The notes beneath the pieces were generated by a model. The model saw only the letters and a list, made by a program, of their open reading frames with translations. It did not search any database and was not told the DNA's origin. A DNA stretch of 46,588 nucleotides from Myxococcota bacterium (GTDB taxonomy: Bacteria > Myxococcota_A > UBA796 > CAJQPC01). Shown here in pieces: positions 28,499-38,397 of the stretch (the stretch's first letter is position 1; each line of letters opens with the position of its first letter). Location: positions 1 to 46,588 of the forward strand of contig DASCPX010000082.1 in the NCBI GenBank assembly GCA_036012755.1. The letters are read 5' to 3'. Position numbers and translations under genes: made by a program.

Positions 28499-29248
28499 CT
28501 ATTCGTCGTCCTCGACCGGCGCCAGCGTGTGCAGGATCGCCGCGAGGGTGTCGGGGTCGAAGGTCGAGACGAGCACGTCCGTGCGGATGGTCCGGCGGAT
28601 CACGACGAGGCGGATGTGGTCGTCTCCGGCGGGGAGCGCTCCGCAGCGCAGCAGTACGTCTTCCCACTCCTCGTCCACCCGCTCGGTGGCCTCTTCCAAG
28701 GCGCTCTCGAAGCGGGCGGGGTCGATCGGACCCCAGAGCGTCTTCGGGCGGGGTCGGGGTCGGATCATCCAGGTCACGACCGCGATCGCTGCCATTCCCA
28801 GGAGCCACCAGACGACCCCGGTCAGCCAGCCCAGCGCCAGCCAGAGCACCATCACGCCGAGACCGGCGCAGCCGCCGACCGTGCGCATGGCGTGACGGTC
28901 GTACCAGGCCGTGGCACCGTTCATGACCTCGCGGAAGCCCTCTGGGCCCATGTCCTCCAGCTCTTCGAGGGTGACGTAGACGTCTCCGTTGCCGGTCTCG
29001 AAGGCCTCCAGCCAGCCGTCCCACTCCAGCTCGTAGTCCCGAACGAGCGTCGAGATCTCCGGGGCCATCGCCGGGCGCGCTCGAGCCTGCACGCCGTCAG
29101 CCCAGACCCGGTCGGCGTGGAAGTCCTCCAGCTGCTCCGGATCGCAGGCGAGCAGGGCCTCCGGGTCCTCGCACTTGAGCCCGAAGATGGGATGGACCCA
29201 GCGGTCCTCTCGGTCGAGGAGGTAGCCGAAGCGCCTGAGGTCAGGCAC
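28499..29248 (-). CDS. Hypothetical membrane protein (2 TM), 249 aa
   Basis: Overlaps the hydrolase stop by 8 nt; central hydrophobic hairpin. Confidence 0.75.
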   Translation of the reverse strand: MPDLRRFGYLLDREDRWVHPIFGLKCEDPEALLACDPEQLEDFHADRVWADGVQARARPAMAPEISTLVRDYELEWDGWLEAFETGNGDVYVTLEELEDMGPEGFREVMNGATAWYDRHAMRTVGGCAGLGVMVLWLALGWLTGVVWWLLGMAAIAVVTWMIRPRPRPKTLWGPIDPARFESALEEATERVDEEWEDVLLRCGALPAGDDHIRLVVIRRTIRTDVLVSTFDPDTLAAILHTLAPVEDDE

Positions 29249-30035
29249 GCGCGAAGTGTTCGCGCAGCGTGGCGTTGACCTCGCCCCCGGCCTCGATGAT
29301 CAGGCCGTGGCCGGCGCCCTCGACCTCGACGAGCGGGGCGTGGAGTGCCTCCGCGAGCCTCCGGCTGTTCGAGGGGCGGACCAAGATGTCCCTGGTCCCG
29401 GTCATCACGACCGTCGGGATGCCACGGAGCTTGTGCATGCGGCGCCGGCTCATGTGGGAGAGCACCGCCGCGAGCTGGCCCGCGATCCCCCAGGGGCTGC
29501 AGTCCTGGCCACCGATCTCTGCGAAGTCGCTGCGCAGGTAGGCCTTGTTGTCCTTTGCGAACCCATCGGAGAAGAGCATCTTGCCGACGTTCCGGAGACG
29601 CTGCTCGCCCGTCGTGGTCTGCATGCCCACGAAGGCCTTCGTTCCCTGGAAGCTCGGACGCCCGGCGAGTCCGCCCATGTGCGTCGAGATGAGCGCCATG
29701 CTGCGCACACGCTCGGGTCTCAGGAGCCCCATGTGCTGGGCGATCATGCCCCCCATGGAGATCCCGACGACGTGGGCCCGGTCCCAGCCGAGGTGGTCCA
29801 TCAGGCCGAAGGCGTCCTTGGCCAGCGCGCGGGTCGTGTAGAGCCCGATCGGCGTGGAGCTGTCGCCGACGCCGCGGTTGTCGTAGCTGCAGACCGTGAA
29901 GTCCTTCGAGAGGTCCTCTACCTGGCCGCGCCAACCTCGACCCGACATCGCGAGCCCCATCACCAGGAGGACGGGCTCCCCCTGCCCGCAGAGGGTGTAG
30001 CGGAGGCGCAGGTTTCCGACGGGTGCGAAGGGCAT
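29241..30035 (-). CDS. Alpha/beta-fold hydrolase, 264 aa
   Basis: GEPVLLVMG, DNRGVGDS, GISMGG nucleophile elbow, GTRD, GAGH. Confidence 0.93.
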   Translation of the reverse strand: MPFAPVGNLRLRYTLCGQGEPVLLVMGLAMSGRGWRGQVEDLSKDFTVCSYDNRGVGDSSTPIGLYTTRALAKDAFGLMDHLGWDRAHVVGISMGGMIAQHMGLLRPERVRSMALISTHMGGLAGRPSFQGTKAFVGMQTTTGEQRLRNVGKMLFSDGFAKDNKAYLRSDFAEIGGQDCSPWGIAGQLAAVLSHMSRRRMHKLRGIPTVVMTGTRDILVRPSNSRRLAEALHAPLVEVEGAGHGLIIEAGGEVNATLREHFARA

Positions 30036-30087
30036 CGAGACGGTGCAGGTAACGTGGCAGTCCTTCGATCGTGGGAATCCCTCAGGC

Positions 30088-32423
30088 GTGGACATCGGAC
30101 CCTTCGAGCTCCTCGGGCTCGTGGGCCGGGGCGGCATGGGCGAGGTCTACAGGGCTCGCCACGCCCGCCTCGGCGAGGACGTCGCGCTGAAGGTCGTCCG
30201 GGGGGCCACTGGACCCAGGGCTCGGGCCGCCCTGCGCAACGAGGTCCGCGCCGTGGCCGCGCTGGATCATCCGGGCATCGTGCTGGTCCACGACCTCGAC
30301 ACCGTCGATGCGCGCCCATGGTTCGCCATGGAGTTCATCGAGCGCACCCTCGAGGATCTCCCGGTTCCACGCCGATGGAGCGAGGTCCGGGAGCTCCTGC
30401 TGTCGCTGCTCGACGCCCTCGGTCATGCCCACGCCTGCGTCGTCGTCCACCGGGACCTGAAGCCGGCAAACGTGCTGCTCAAGGGGCACCGCGCGGTGCT
30501 CGCGGACTTCGGGCTCGCCTGGCTGGCCGACTCAGAGGTCCTGGTCCACGCCGGCACCCCCGCCTACATGGCCCCCCGAGCAGTTCGCCAACGACTGGCG
30601 CCAGTTCGGGCCCTGGACGGACCTCTACGCCCTGGGCTGTGTGGCTTACGAGCTGCTCAGCGGGGCTCCGCCCTTCGTCAAGGACTACCGCCAGGCTCAC
30701 GCCAGCTTCGGGCCGCCTCCCCTGGAAGGCCTGGTCGAGGGTCTCCAGGAGTGGCTCCACGCGCTGCTCGAGAAGTCGCCGACGATGCGCTTCTGTTGCG
30801 CGGCTGACGCCGCCTGGGCGCTGCTCCATCTGCCCGAGCCGGTCCAGGACACCTTGGACGTCAACCCTGGCGAGCTCACCGAGTCCCTGACCTTCGGCGG
30901 CAGCGACGGCATGCTCACCTGGAACCTCGAGTGCCTGGAGGAGCGATCCCCCGCGGAGCTGCCCGAGACCACCCTGCGGGAGCGTCCGCCCACGCCGCAG
31001 GACTGGCGTCGACCCGGCCGGACCCGACCTCCGCTCGGGATCGTGTGCACGGGGCTGGGCCTCTACGGGCTGCGCAGCGTGCCGATGGTGGGTCGCGACG
31101 AGGAGCGGGACCGCCTGTGGGCGGCCCTGCGTGATCTCGATGGACCTCGGGGCATCTGCGTGGTCGGAGGGGCCGGAGTCGGACGGTCGCGCCTGGTCGC
31201 CTGGATCGCCCAGCGGGCTGCTCACCACCCGCCTCCCGCTGCTCGTACTGGCGACCGCTACGACGCCGGTCGAGGGCCTCGAGAGCCTTGCGCTGGGTCC
31301 GCTGGACCAGCGCGCCCACGGTACCCTCGTGCGACGATTGCTGGGGCTGCAGGGGGAGCTGGCCGCGAGGGTGGTGGCGCGGACGGGGGGCAACCCGATG
31401 TTCGCCGTCCAGCTGGTGGGCGACTGGGTCAAGCGCGGCATCCTCGTGCCCGGTGAGAGCGGCTTCGTGCTGGCCAGGGGCGCGGACGCTCCGGTACCGG
31501 AGGCGCTCTCGGCGCTCTCGGCGCTCGCCCGTCGACGCCTGGAGGTCCTTGGACCCACCAGGCCTGCGCTCGTCGTCGCGGCCTGCCTCGGTCATCACTT
31601 CAGGCCCGAGCACTGGAGCGAGGCCTGTCGCCACGCGGGCATCGAGCACTCGGGAGGGCTCGCGGAGACCCTGCTCCAGGAGCGCCTGCTCGTCGCCGAC
31701 GGACTGGAGCTGCGCTTCGCTCATCCAGTACACCGGGATCTGCTCGTCGATGACGCCGGCGCCCTCGAGCACGCAGCATGCGCCGCGGCGCTTCGAGGAG
31801 AGGAGCTCATGGGCGCTCCGGGGATCGCGGAGCGCCTCGGAAAGCACCTGCTCGCCGCGGGTCGGAGCCAGCAGGGGCGCTGGCAGGAGGCGGAGGCGGC
31901 CGCCCGGGCCTCGTTGTTGGCCGCGATGGGCGAGAACCTCGGTCGCCAGGCAGAGGCCATCCGTCTCCTCGGGCTGGTGAACCAGAACCGGGGTCGCTTC
32001 CCCGAGGCGATCGACGCCTACCGCGAGGCGCTGAGCATCTACGAGAGCCTGGGTCGGCGTCACGCCGAGGTCATCCGACTGAACCTCGTGATGTGTTTCC
32101 TCGAGCAGGGCCGCTGGCCCGAGGCGGCCGAGGAGATCGAGGTCGCGCGGACCGCCCTGACGCGGCTCGGGCGCAGGAACTACCTGGGCGCGGTGGCCTG
32201 CGTGGCACTCGTCGCCAGCGCCGCCCTCGACGACAGGGAGACCTTCGACGACGACCTGGTCTTCGCCTGCGAGCGCCTGGACGAGAGCGGCTGGGTCGAG
32301 CACGACCTCGCCTGGTCCTTCGAGCGAGCCGGAGAGCTGGCCGCCGAGCGAGGCTGGGAGGGCCCGGAGATCTGCGCGCTCAGGGGTCGGGCGATGCGGG
32401 AGCGCTTGAAAAGCGGCGGCTGA
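30088..32423 (+). pseudogene. Ser/Thr protein kinase-P-loop ATPase-TPR protein, disrupted (frameshifts near 30575 and 31220)
   Basis: GRGGMGEVY, VALK, HRDLKPAN, DFG, GTPAYMAP(E), DLYALG; MVGRDEE, GGAGVGRSRL, GGNPMFA, FAHP; TPR-like helices. Confidence 0.85.
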
Positions 32424-33207
32424 GCTCGGCGATGTGACCGGGACCGGTTCCACAGCAGGACCCGAGCAGGGTCGCTCCGGCGGCCACCCACCTCGCGGCA
32501 ATGTCGGCGTAGAGCGCCGGGCCCTGCTCCGTGGGGGCCCAGCCCATCTCCTCGTCGAGACGGCCGGCGTTGGCGTAGGCGCCGAAGGGCAGGCCGACGC
32601 TGGCGATGGCCTCGACGTAGGCCAGCGTGCGGGCGGCAGGCACGCAGTTCACGAGCACCGCCGAGGCCCCGAGGTCGCGCGCCCTGGCGCAGGCCTCGCC
32701 GATCCGTGCTGGCGTCAACAGGTCCGTGTCGGGGCCGGCGGTGAAGCTCGCCCAGGTCTCGACGCCTGTCCTCACTGCCTCCTCGACGGCCACGAGCCCC
32801 TCGCCGATGTGGGGGAAGGTCTCGCAGAGCAGGATGTCGACGCCCTCGTCCGCGAGGACCTCGATGAGCTCCCGGTGCTCGGGCCTCGGGTCGGTCGGGG
32901 ACAGCTCCGGGCTGTAGCAGTCCTGCAGCGGCGCGATCGAGCCGGCGACGCGGTGCTCGGCAGGGATCGCCGAGCGACAGAGCTGCACGGCGCCGCGGGC
33001 GAGCCTCTCCCAGTCGGGGAGGTGGCGGGACTTCGTCCGGAAGGTGTTGGTCGTGTGCACCGTGGCGCCCGCCGCCGCGTAGTCCCTGTGGATCGCTGCC
33101 ACCACCTCGGGCCTGTGCAGCAGCGCCCATGCGGACCACAGCGGGATCGGTGTCGGCACTCCTCGGGCGAGCAGCTCGGTGCCCAGGGGGCCGTCCAGGA
33201 TGATCAT
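32380..33207 (-). CDS. Homocysteine S-methyltransferase family protein, 275 aa
   Basis: ILDGPLGTEL, LWSA, HRDYAAAGA..TTNTF, CET, VNC, YAN, GSCCGT Zn ligands. Confidence 0.93.
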   Translation of the reverse strand: MIILDGPLGTELLARGVPTPIPLWSAWALLHRPEVVAAIHRDYAAAGATVHTTNTFRTKSRHLPDWERLARGAVQLCRSAIPAEHRVAGSIAPLQDCYSPELSPTDPRPEHRELIEVLADEGVDILLCETFPHIGEGLVAVEEAVRTGVETWASFTAGPDTDLLTPARIGEACARARDLGASAVLVNCVPAARTLAYVEAIASVGLPFGAYANAGRLDEEMGWAPTEQGPALYADIAARWVAAGATLLGSCCGTGPGHIAELSRRFSSAPASPDP

Positions 33208-34364
33208 CGGCTGATTGCGTAGACCACGCGCGGGCCGCCGCCGAGCTCGAGCACCCCGAGGGGCTCGAGCACGTACGAGGTGTGCATGCGCAGGGACCGG
33301 TCCTGCAGGCCGCGAGAGGTCCAGGCGTGGTGGATGTGTTCCTCGCCCCAGCACGGATCGGCAGGCCAGGGTCGATTCCAGTGGCTCGCCGGATCCAGCG
33401 GGTCGTCGAGGACCTCGCCGCAGGCCGGCGGCTCCGGAAGGTCGGGGAGCGTCGCCCTGAAGTCCTCGACGTCGGCGTAGTAGCGCTGGGCGAGCCCGTG
33501 CACGCTGACCAGTGACAGGACCACCGCGAAGGGCACGACCACGAAGAAGCGCCGCCCCGGGACCCCGGCGACCACGCCGATCAGCGCGATGGTGCCCAGG
33601 AGCGCGTGGCGTGCGCCGTAGTCGTCGAAGCAGGCGCCGATGACGTGGACGAGCAAGGCGGCGCCGAGCAGATCGAGGGTCCGTCGAGAGGCCGCGAGCA
33701 CCGCCGGCACGATGCAGGGACCCAAGAAGGCCACGAGCTGGAGGTTGACCGGCAGCACCCGGCGCAGGTCCCGCAGGGCAGGGGAGGTGTCGAAGACGCC
33801 GGCCGCGCCCAGAGCCCCCGCCGCACCCAGGGCCGTTCGCCAGCCGCCGAGGACTGCGACCACCGGCGCGAGCAGCGCCAGCTCGATGCGCATGGCGCAG
33901 GCCAGGGCGTAGAGGGGGACGCCGAGCCAGCGGCGGACCCGGTGATCGGAGGCGCCGACAGCGCAGGCGAGGACGACGAGGAACTGGGGAATCGCCACGT
34001 TGTAGGCGCTCATCGACCAGGCGGCGTGCTCGGGGGACAGGGCGATGAGGACAGCGGTCGCCACGCCCGCCCACTGTCCGTAGCGGCGGGCGACGATCCA
34101 CGCGCCGGCGAAGACCGTGCCCACCCCGGCGGCGATGTTCAGCCCGAGCAGCACCTCTGGCGAGTCGAAGAGGTGGCCGAGGCCGGAGTAGAAGCCCGCG
34201 AGCAGCGGGTACAGTCGCGTACTGCCTTGCCAGTCGTCGCCCTGGAAGGCCGCGAGGTAGTCCGCTTCGTGGCCGTCGAAGCGATGCCTGGACAGGGGAA
34301 TCCAGAGGGTCCGGACGAAGACGGCGAGCAGGAGGATTCCCAAGCCGGCCGTCAATCTGCGCAC
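33204..34364 (-). CDS. Polytopic membrane protein, GT-C/PMT-like, about 386 aa
   Basis: FDGHEADY after TM1, YPLL, ALSPEHAAWS, MRIE; about 10 TM; ATGA-coupled to the methyltransferase; start could be 34379. Confidence 0.7.
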   Translation of the reverse strand: MRRLTAGLGILLLAVFVRTLWIPLSRHRFDGHEADYLAAFQGDDWQGSTRLYPLLAGFYSGLGHLFDSPEVLLGLNIAAGVGTVFAGAWIVARRYGQWAGVATAVLIALSPEHAAWSMSAYNVAIPQFLVVLACAVGASDHRVRRWLGVPLYALACAMRIELALLAPVVAVLGGWRTALGAAGALGAAGVFDTSPALRDLRRVLPVNLQLVAFLGPCIVPAVLAASRRTLDLLGAALLVHVIGACFDDYGARHALLGTIALIGVVAGVPGRRFFVVVPFAVVLSLVSVHGLAQRYYADVEDFRATLPDLPEPPACGEVLDDPLDPASHWNRPWPADPCWGEEHIHHAWTSRGLQDRSLRMHTSYVLEPLGVLELGGGPRVVYAISR

Positions 34365-34382
34365 GGGCCTATCATCCACCCG

Positions 34383-35795
34383 ATGCCATGGACGCGTGAG
34401 ATCTCGGCCTTCGCCGCACCGGTCGCGGTGACGCTCTTCGGCCTCGCCGCCGTGCTCCCGACGCTCTCCAGCGGCCTGTGGGGACCAGAGGAGCCCTTCC
34501 TCAACGGCGACCTCAACGGCGGCTGGTGGCTCTGGTGGGCCATGTCCGAGCACTGGCGCGGAGGGGACCCGTGGTCGCTGGTCGCCTGGCCCGAGGGCAT
34601 CGACAGCATCGCGCCCTGGTTCCCGAACCCACTGCAGATGGGGCTTGTGGGCCTCTTCGGAGGACCGAGCGCCCTGGGCTGGAACCTCGTGCAGCTCACC
34701 CACGTGCTCCTGCTCGGCCTGTCCACCGTGGTGCTCGCCCGGGTCGCCGGAGCCAGGCCGCTGATGGCCGCTTGCGCTGGCGCGCTGGTCGCCTCGAGTC
34801 CGGTCTTGCTCCACGAGGTCTCGGGCGGGCGCCCGGACGACCTCATCGTCTGGCCGGGGGTGCTCGCGCTGGCTGCGTTGTGGCGCGGCGGGCGTCGGTG
34901 GGCCGTGGTCGCTGGGCTCCTCGCGGCGCTCCAGGGCCTGGGCTACGCCTGGCACGGCGTGGCCCTGATCCTGGTGGGTCTGCCCCTGATCCGGCGGCCT
35001 CGAGACGCTGCGCTGGCTGCGGGCGTGGGCCTGCTCGTGATCAGCCCTTACCTGATGTGGCTGCGCGAAGGCATGGCCTCCGTGCCGGTCGACCTGCCCC
35101 CCGACGGCTACAAGGCGATGCCGCTGGCGGGCTTCTGGGCCTCCGACCTGCCGGGGCGCTTCCTGGTCCATCCGCTCTTGTTGCCCGCGGCCCTGCTGGG
35201 GGTGCGCGGAGGCAGGCGGTTCCTGGCCGCGGGGCTCATCGGGGTGGTGTTGGCGCTGGGCCCCGAGATCACCTGGAGCCCCGGTGGCGACGGCGTCGCC
35301 GGCCCCTGGGCCTGGGTGGCCTGGGTGATCCCCCCGGCGGCGCGAATGCACCACCCGATCCGGGAGGTGATGGTCGCCCTGCCCCTGCTCGCGACGGCCC
35401 TCGCCCTCGGGCTCGCGCGGCTGCGGCATGGCAAGTGGGTCGCCATCGCGCTGTTGGTCTCGGCCCTGTTCATGGCCAGGAAGCTCGACGGCGCTGCTGC
35501 ATACGGCATGGCCAGCGGACCCGCGCCGTTTTCGTTCGACTTCGAGGGACCTGCCGTCGACCTCTGCGGGGTCGATCACGCCACCGCCCTCGGCTTCCAG
35601 ACCGTCCACGGCCAAGCCCTCGTCGAGGGGCTCGACACCTACCGAAGGCACCCGGTCGACCTCGCTGATCTCCCGGAGGGTGTGCGGGTCGTCGTCGTCT
35701 TCGACCGCCTCGGCGACTGCTGGACCCAGGGCCTCGAGGACGGCGTCTACTCGGCGGAGAGCTTCCAGGTGCCGGGCGAATCCGGGGGCCCGTAG
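34383..35795 (+). CDS. Polytopic membrane protein, GT-C-like, probable paralog of 18797-20458, 470 aa
   Basis: GDLNGGWWLWW, WPEG, HE..GG, LALGP, HPIR, FQTVHG motifs parallel those of 18797-20458. Confidence 0.75.
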   Translation: MPWTREISAFAAPVAVTLFGLAAVLPTLSSGLWGPEEPFLNGDLNGGWWLWWAMSEHWRGGDPWSLVAWPEGIDSIAPWFPNPLQMGLVGLFGGPSALGWNLVQLTHVLLLGLSTVVLARVAGARPLMAACAGALVASSPVLLHEVSGGRPDDLIVWPGVLALAALWRGGRRWAVVAGLLAALQGLGYAWHGVALILVGLPLIRRPRDAALAAGVGLLVISPYLMWLREGMASVPVDLPPDGYKAMPLAGFWASDLPGRFLVHPLLLPAALLGVRGGRRFLAAGLIGVVLALGPEITWSPGGDGVAGPWAWVAWVIPPAARMHHPIREVMVALPLLATALALGLARLRHGKWVAIALLVSALFMARKLDGAAAYGMASGPAPFSFDFEGPAVDLCGVDHATALGFQTVHGQALVEGLDTYRRHPVDLADLPEGVRVVVVFDRLGDCWTQGLEDGVYSAESFQVPGESGGP

Positions 35796-37003
35796 CGGGC
35801 CTCGACGTCGGCGAGCAAGCTGGCGCTCCCCTCGTAGACCAGGAGCGTGAGCGGACGCGGCGCGGAGTCGAGCTCCTCGCGCAGGTGGTCGTTCACGTAG
35901 ACGAGGCGATCCCCGACGCGTCGCGGCGAGCCGTGGCGGTGGTCCTCGGCAGGCTCTGTCTGCACCATCGGCATCGCCTGGAAGGGAGAGAGCTGCCAGA
36001 GCATCGCCGAGGTCTTGGTCTTGTCGTCATCGTTCGTACCGGGGGGCGCGAGCAGGTAGACGTCGCCTGCCGGGATGGTCACCGGCGCTTCGGCCAGCTT
36101 GCTGGCGCGCAGGAGGTCGCATGCCCCGAACCAGAGACCCTGGACGATGCCGAGCACCCAGAGGGCCCTCGTCCAGGGCGAGGTGCTCGCCAGCAACGCC
36201 AGCGGAGCCGTCAGGATCAGGAGGTACATGAACTGGTGGGGTGCGGCGACGCCGACGGCGACCAGGGCGAGCCACGCCACGACGCTGGCGAGGCAGACCG
36301 CGGCCACCACGGGCTGCTTGCGCAGGCCCATGCATGCAGCTGGGAGCACGAGCGCCCCGAGCACTCCGAAGCGGCTCGCGTAGTCGGCGAGGGACTGGAG
36401 CAGGAGGATCTCCGGCTGCCCATAGGTGGTCGGCTCCAGCGCCAGCGCGAGCCCCCCCGGCAACAGCGGGATCGCGGCCAGCAGGAAGACCAGCGAGCGT
36501 GGCCTGCGCAGGGCCAACGCCAACACCACGAAGGCCGCCAGCGGATGGGTCCAGCAGGCCAGCGCGCCGACCAACGCCAGCTTCCAGGTGTGCTCGCGCC
36601 AGCGGTAGGCGGCGGCGACCAGCAGCGCGACCAGCGGGTAGTCGTTGATTTCCGCGGCGTAGGCCAGCTGCACCGGCGAGGTCGCGATCAGCAAGGCGAC
36701 CAGCGGCCGATCGCGCCACACCCACACGGCGCCGAGGGAAAACAGCGCGCTCGTGAGCAGGAAGACCGCGGGTACGGGGAGCAGGAGCTCGAAGGCGGCG
36801 TGCAACAGCGCCCAGCCAGGCGGGTGGAGGCCGATCCAGGTCGTGAGCGCGTCGAGGACGCGCCCTTGTTCCAGCGCGCGCACCGTTGGACCGGTGTAGG
36901 CGGCGTACTGCCAGCTCACCTCGTCCCAGCGCAGCCCCGCTCGCAGGAGGCGAAGAGCTGCAGCGGCGATGAGGATGAGCCAGATGCGAGCGCGGCCGGA
37001 CAC
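35747..37003 (-). CDS. Polytopic membrane protein, PMT_2/GT39-like glycosyltransferase, 418 aa
   Basis: LRWDE after TM1, HPPGW, SP...YAAEINDYPL, WTHP - the usual GT-C order of motifs. Confidence 0.78.
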   Translation of the reverse strand: MSGRARIWLILIAAAALRLLRAGLRWDEVSWQYAAYTGPTVRALEQGRVLDALTTWIGLHPPGWALLHAAFELLLPVPAVFLLTSALFSLGAVWVWRDRPLVALLIATSPVQLAYAAEINDYPLVALLVAAAYRWREHTWKLALVGALACWTHPLAAFVVLALALRRPRSLVFLLAAIPLLPGGLALALEPTTYGQPEILLLQSLADYASRFGVLGALVLPAACMGLRKQPVVAAVCLASVVAWLALVAVGVAAPHQFMYLLILTAPLALLASTSPWTRALWVLGIVQGLWFGACDLLRASKLAEAPVTIPAGDVYLLAPPGTNDDDKTKTSAMLWQLSPFQAMPMVQTEPAEDHRHGSPRRVGDRLVYVNDHLREELDSAPRPLTLLVYEGSASLLADVEARYGPPDSPGTWKLSAE

Positions 37004-37089
37004 GCTCCATTGTCACCCAGGCGTCAGCGGCGGTCCCGGTGTAGAACTGTCTCCGATGCTTCTTCTTCTCTCCGCGGGGAGGCGACACT

Positions 37090-38020
37090 GAGAGCGGGCC
37101 GTTTTCGCTCTTGTCGCCGCTGACCGAGCGGATCTGGCGCGCCGAGCACGAGCACAGCGGCCGGCGCGTCGCGGTCAAGATCTTCCGGCGGAGCCTTCGC
37201 GCTGGCGATCTTGCTCGCTTCCAGCGCGAGGTCCGGGCCATCGCGGCCCTGCACCACCCCTGCGTGGTGAAGGTCCTCGATGCGGGCGCGAGCCCCTCCG
37301 GTCCCTACCCGGTGATGGAGGAGGCCAGCGGGACGCTCACCACGGTCGAGGACTGGGATGGCCTCGCAGAGGTCCTCGGGGACGTGCTCGACGGGCTCTC
37401 CCATGCCCACGTTCGCGGGGTGGTCCACCGCGACCTGAAGCCCTCCAACATCCTGCGCTGCGAGGGGCGCTGGAAGCTCGCCGACTTCGGCCTGGCCTGG
37501 CCCGGCGTGTCGTCGAGCGCACCGGCGGGAACGCGCTGTTCGCGGTCCAGCTCGTCGGTGGCTGAGCGCCTGCGCGAGCGACGACTCCTGGAGGGCTCAG
37601 GTCCTCAGTGAACAGGGTCGGGTCGCCGAGGCCAGAGTCGTGGCCGACGAGCTGGTCGAGCGCGCACGTGAGCGAGGCTGGAACAGGGTCCTCACCGAGA
37701 TGCTCATCTACCGGGGTCGGGCCGCGCCGCGCCTGGGCCTGGAAGACGCCATCGGGCTCTGGGAGGCGGATCTGGCGGAGGCCATGGCCTTGGGACCGGT
37801 CGGCGAACAGGGCGCGATCGTGGAGATGGGCCTCGGGCGAATCCGCGTGAGGCAGCGGCGCTTCGACGAAGCACGGGAGCACCTGATCCGCGCGCTGGAG
37901 CTCGGCCTGGTCGACGAGGACTACGTCTGGCTCTACGAGGAGGTCGCCCGGCTCTGTCAGGGTGATCTGAGGGATCTGGCCACCGCCTGTGCGGAGAAGC
38001 AGCGCTCCAGGCTCAGCTGA
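37090..38020 (+). pseudogene. Remnant of a second Ser/Thr kinase-TPR gene
   Basis: GPFSLL, VAVK, RFQREVRAIAALHHP, HRDLKPSN, DFGLA, ends at AGT; no Gly loop or C-lobe; TPR-like tail at 37640-38020 in another frame. Confidence 0.75.
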
Positions 38021-38330
38021 AGGCGACGACCAGGCCGAGCTTCTCTGCGAAGAGGCCGGAGAGCAGCGGGAGCATCGCCTCGCCGCTGTCCCGTTCGAGC
38101 CACGCTCCGTCTTCGTAGCGGAAGTGCCAGGCCCTGCGGTTGGCCGAGAGCCACAGCTCCTGGACCGGGACCTGCTGCGAGAGCACGAAGGTCCCGCCAC
38201 GCTCGAAGTCGACCTTGACCACCCCGTCGGAGAGCACGGGGTCGGACTCGTCCGTGTCGAGCTCGTCGATCTGGTCGAAGAGATCCGTGAGCACGTCCCT
38301 CACGAAGCGGCGGAACTCCTGCTCGGTCAT
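38013..38330 (-). CDS. cyaY: Iron donor protein CyaY (frataxin homolog)
   Basis: MTEQEF, DGVVKVDFE, FVLSQQVPVQELWLS, WHF..W. Confidence 0.93.
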   Translation of the reverse strand: MTEQEFRRFVRDVLTDLFDQIDELDTDESDPVLSDGVVKVDFERGGTFVLSQQVPVQELWLSANRRAWHFRYEDGAWLERDSGEAMLPLLSGLFAEKLGLVVAFS

Positions 38331-38397
38331 CCTGTCTCCCTCTCCCCAGAGCTATGCCGCGAGCCGGCACCTGTGCACAGGGGGTTAGCCTCTCGCG

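Noticed and set aside
30570..30580. Programmed frameshifting in the kinase (and at about 4040, 42620, 45460)
   Set aside because: Single-base indels, mostly in short C runs, with no slippery heptamer or stimulatory structure seen; sequencing error or mutation is simpler.
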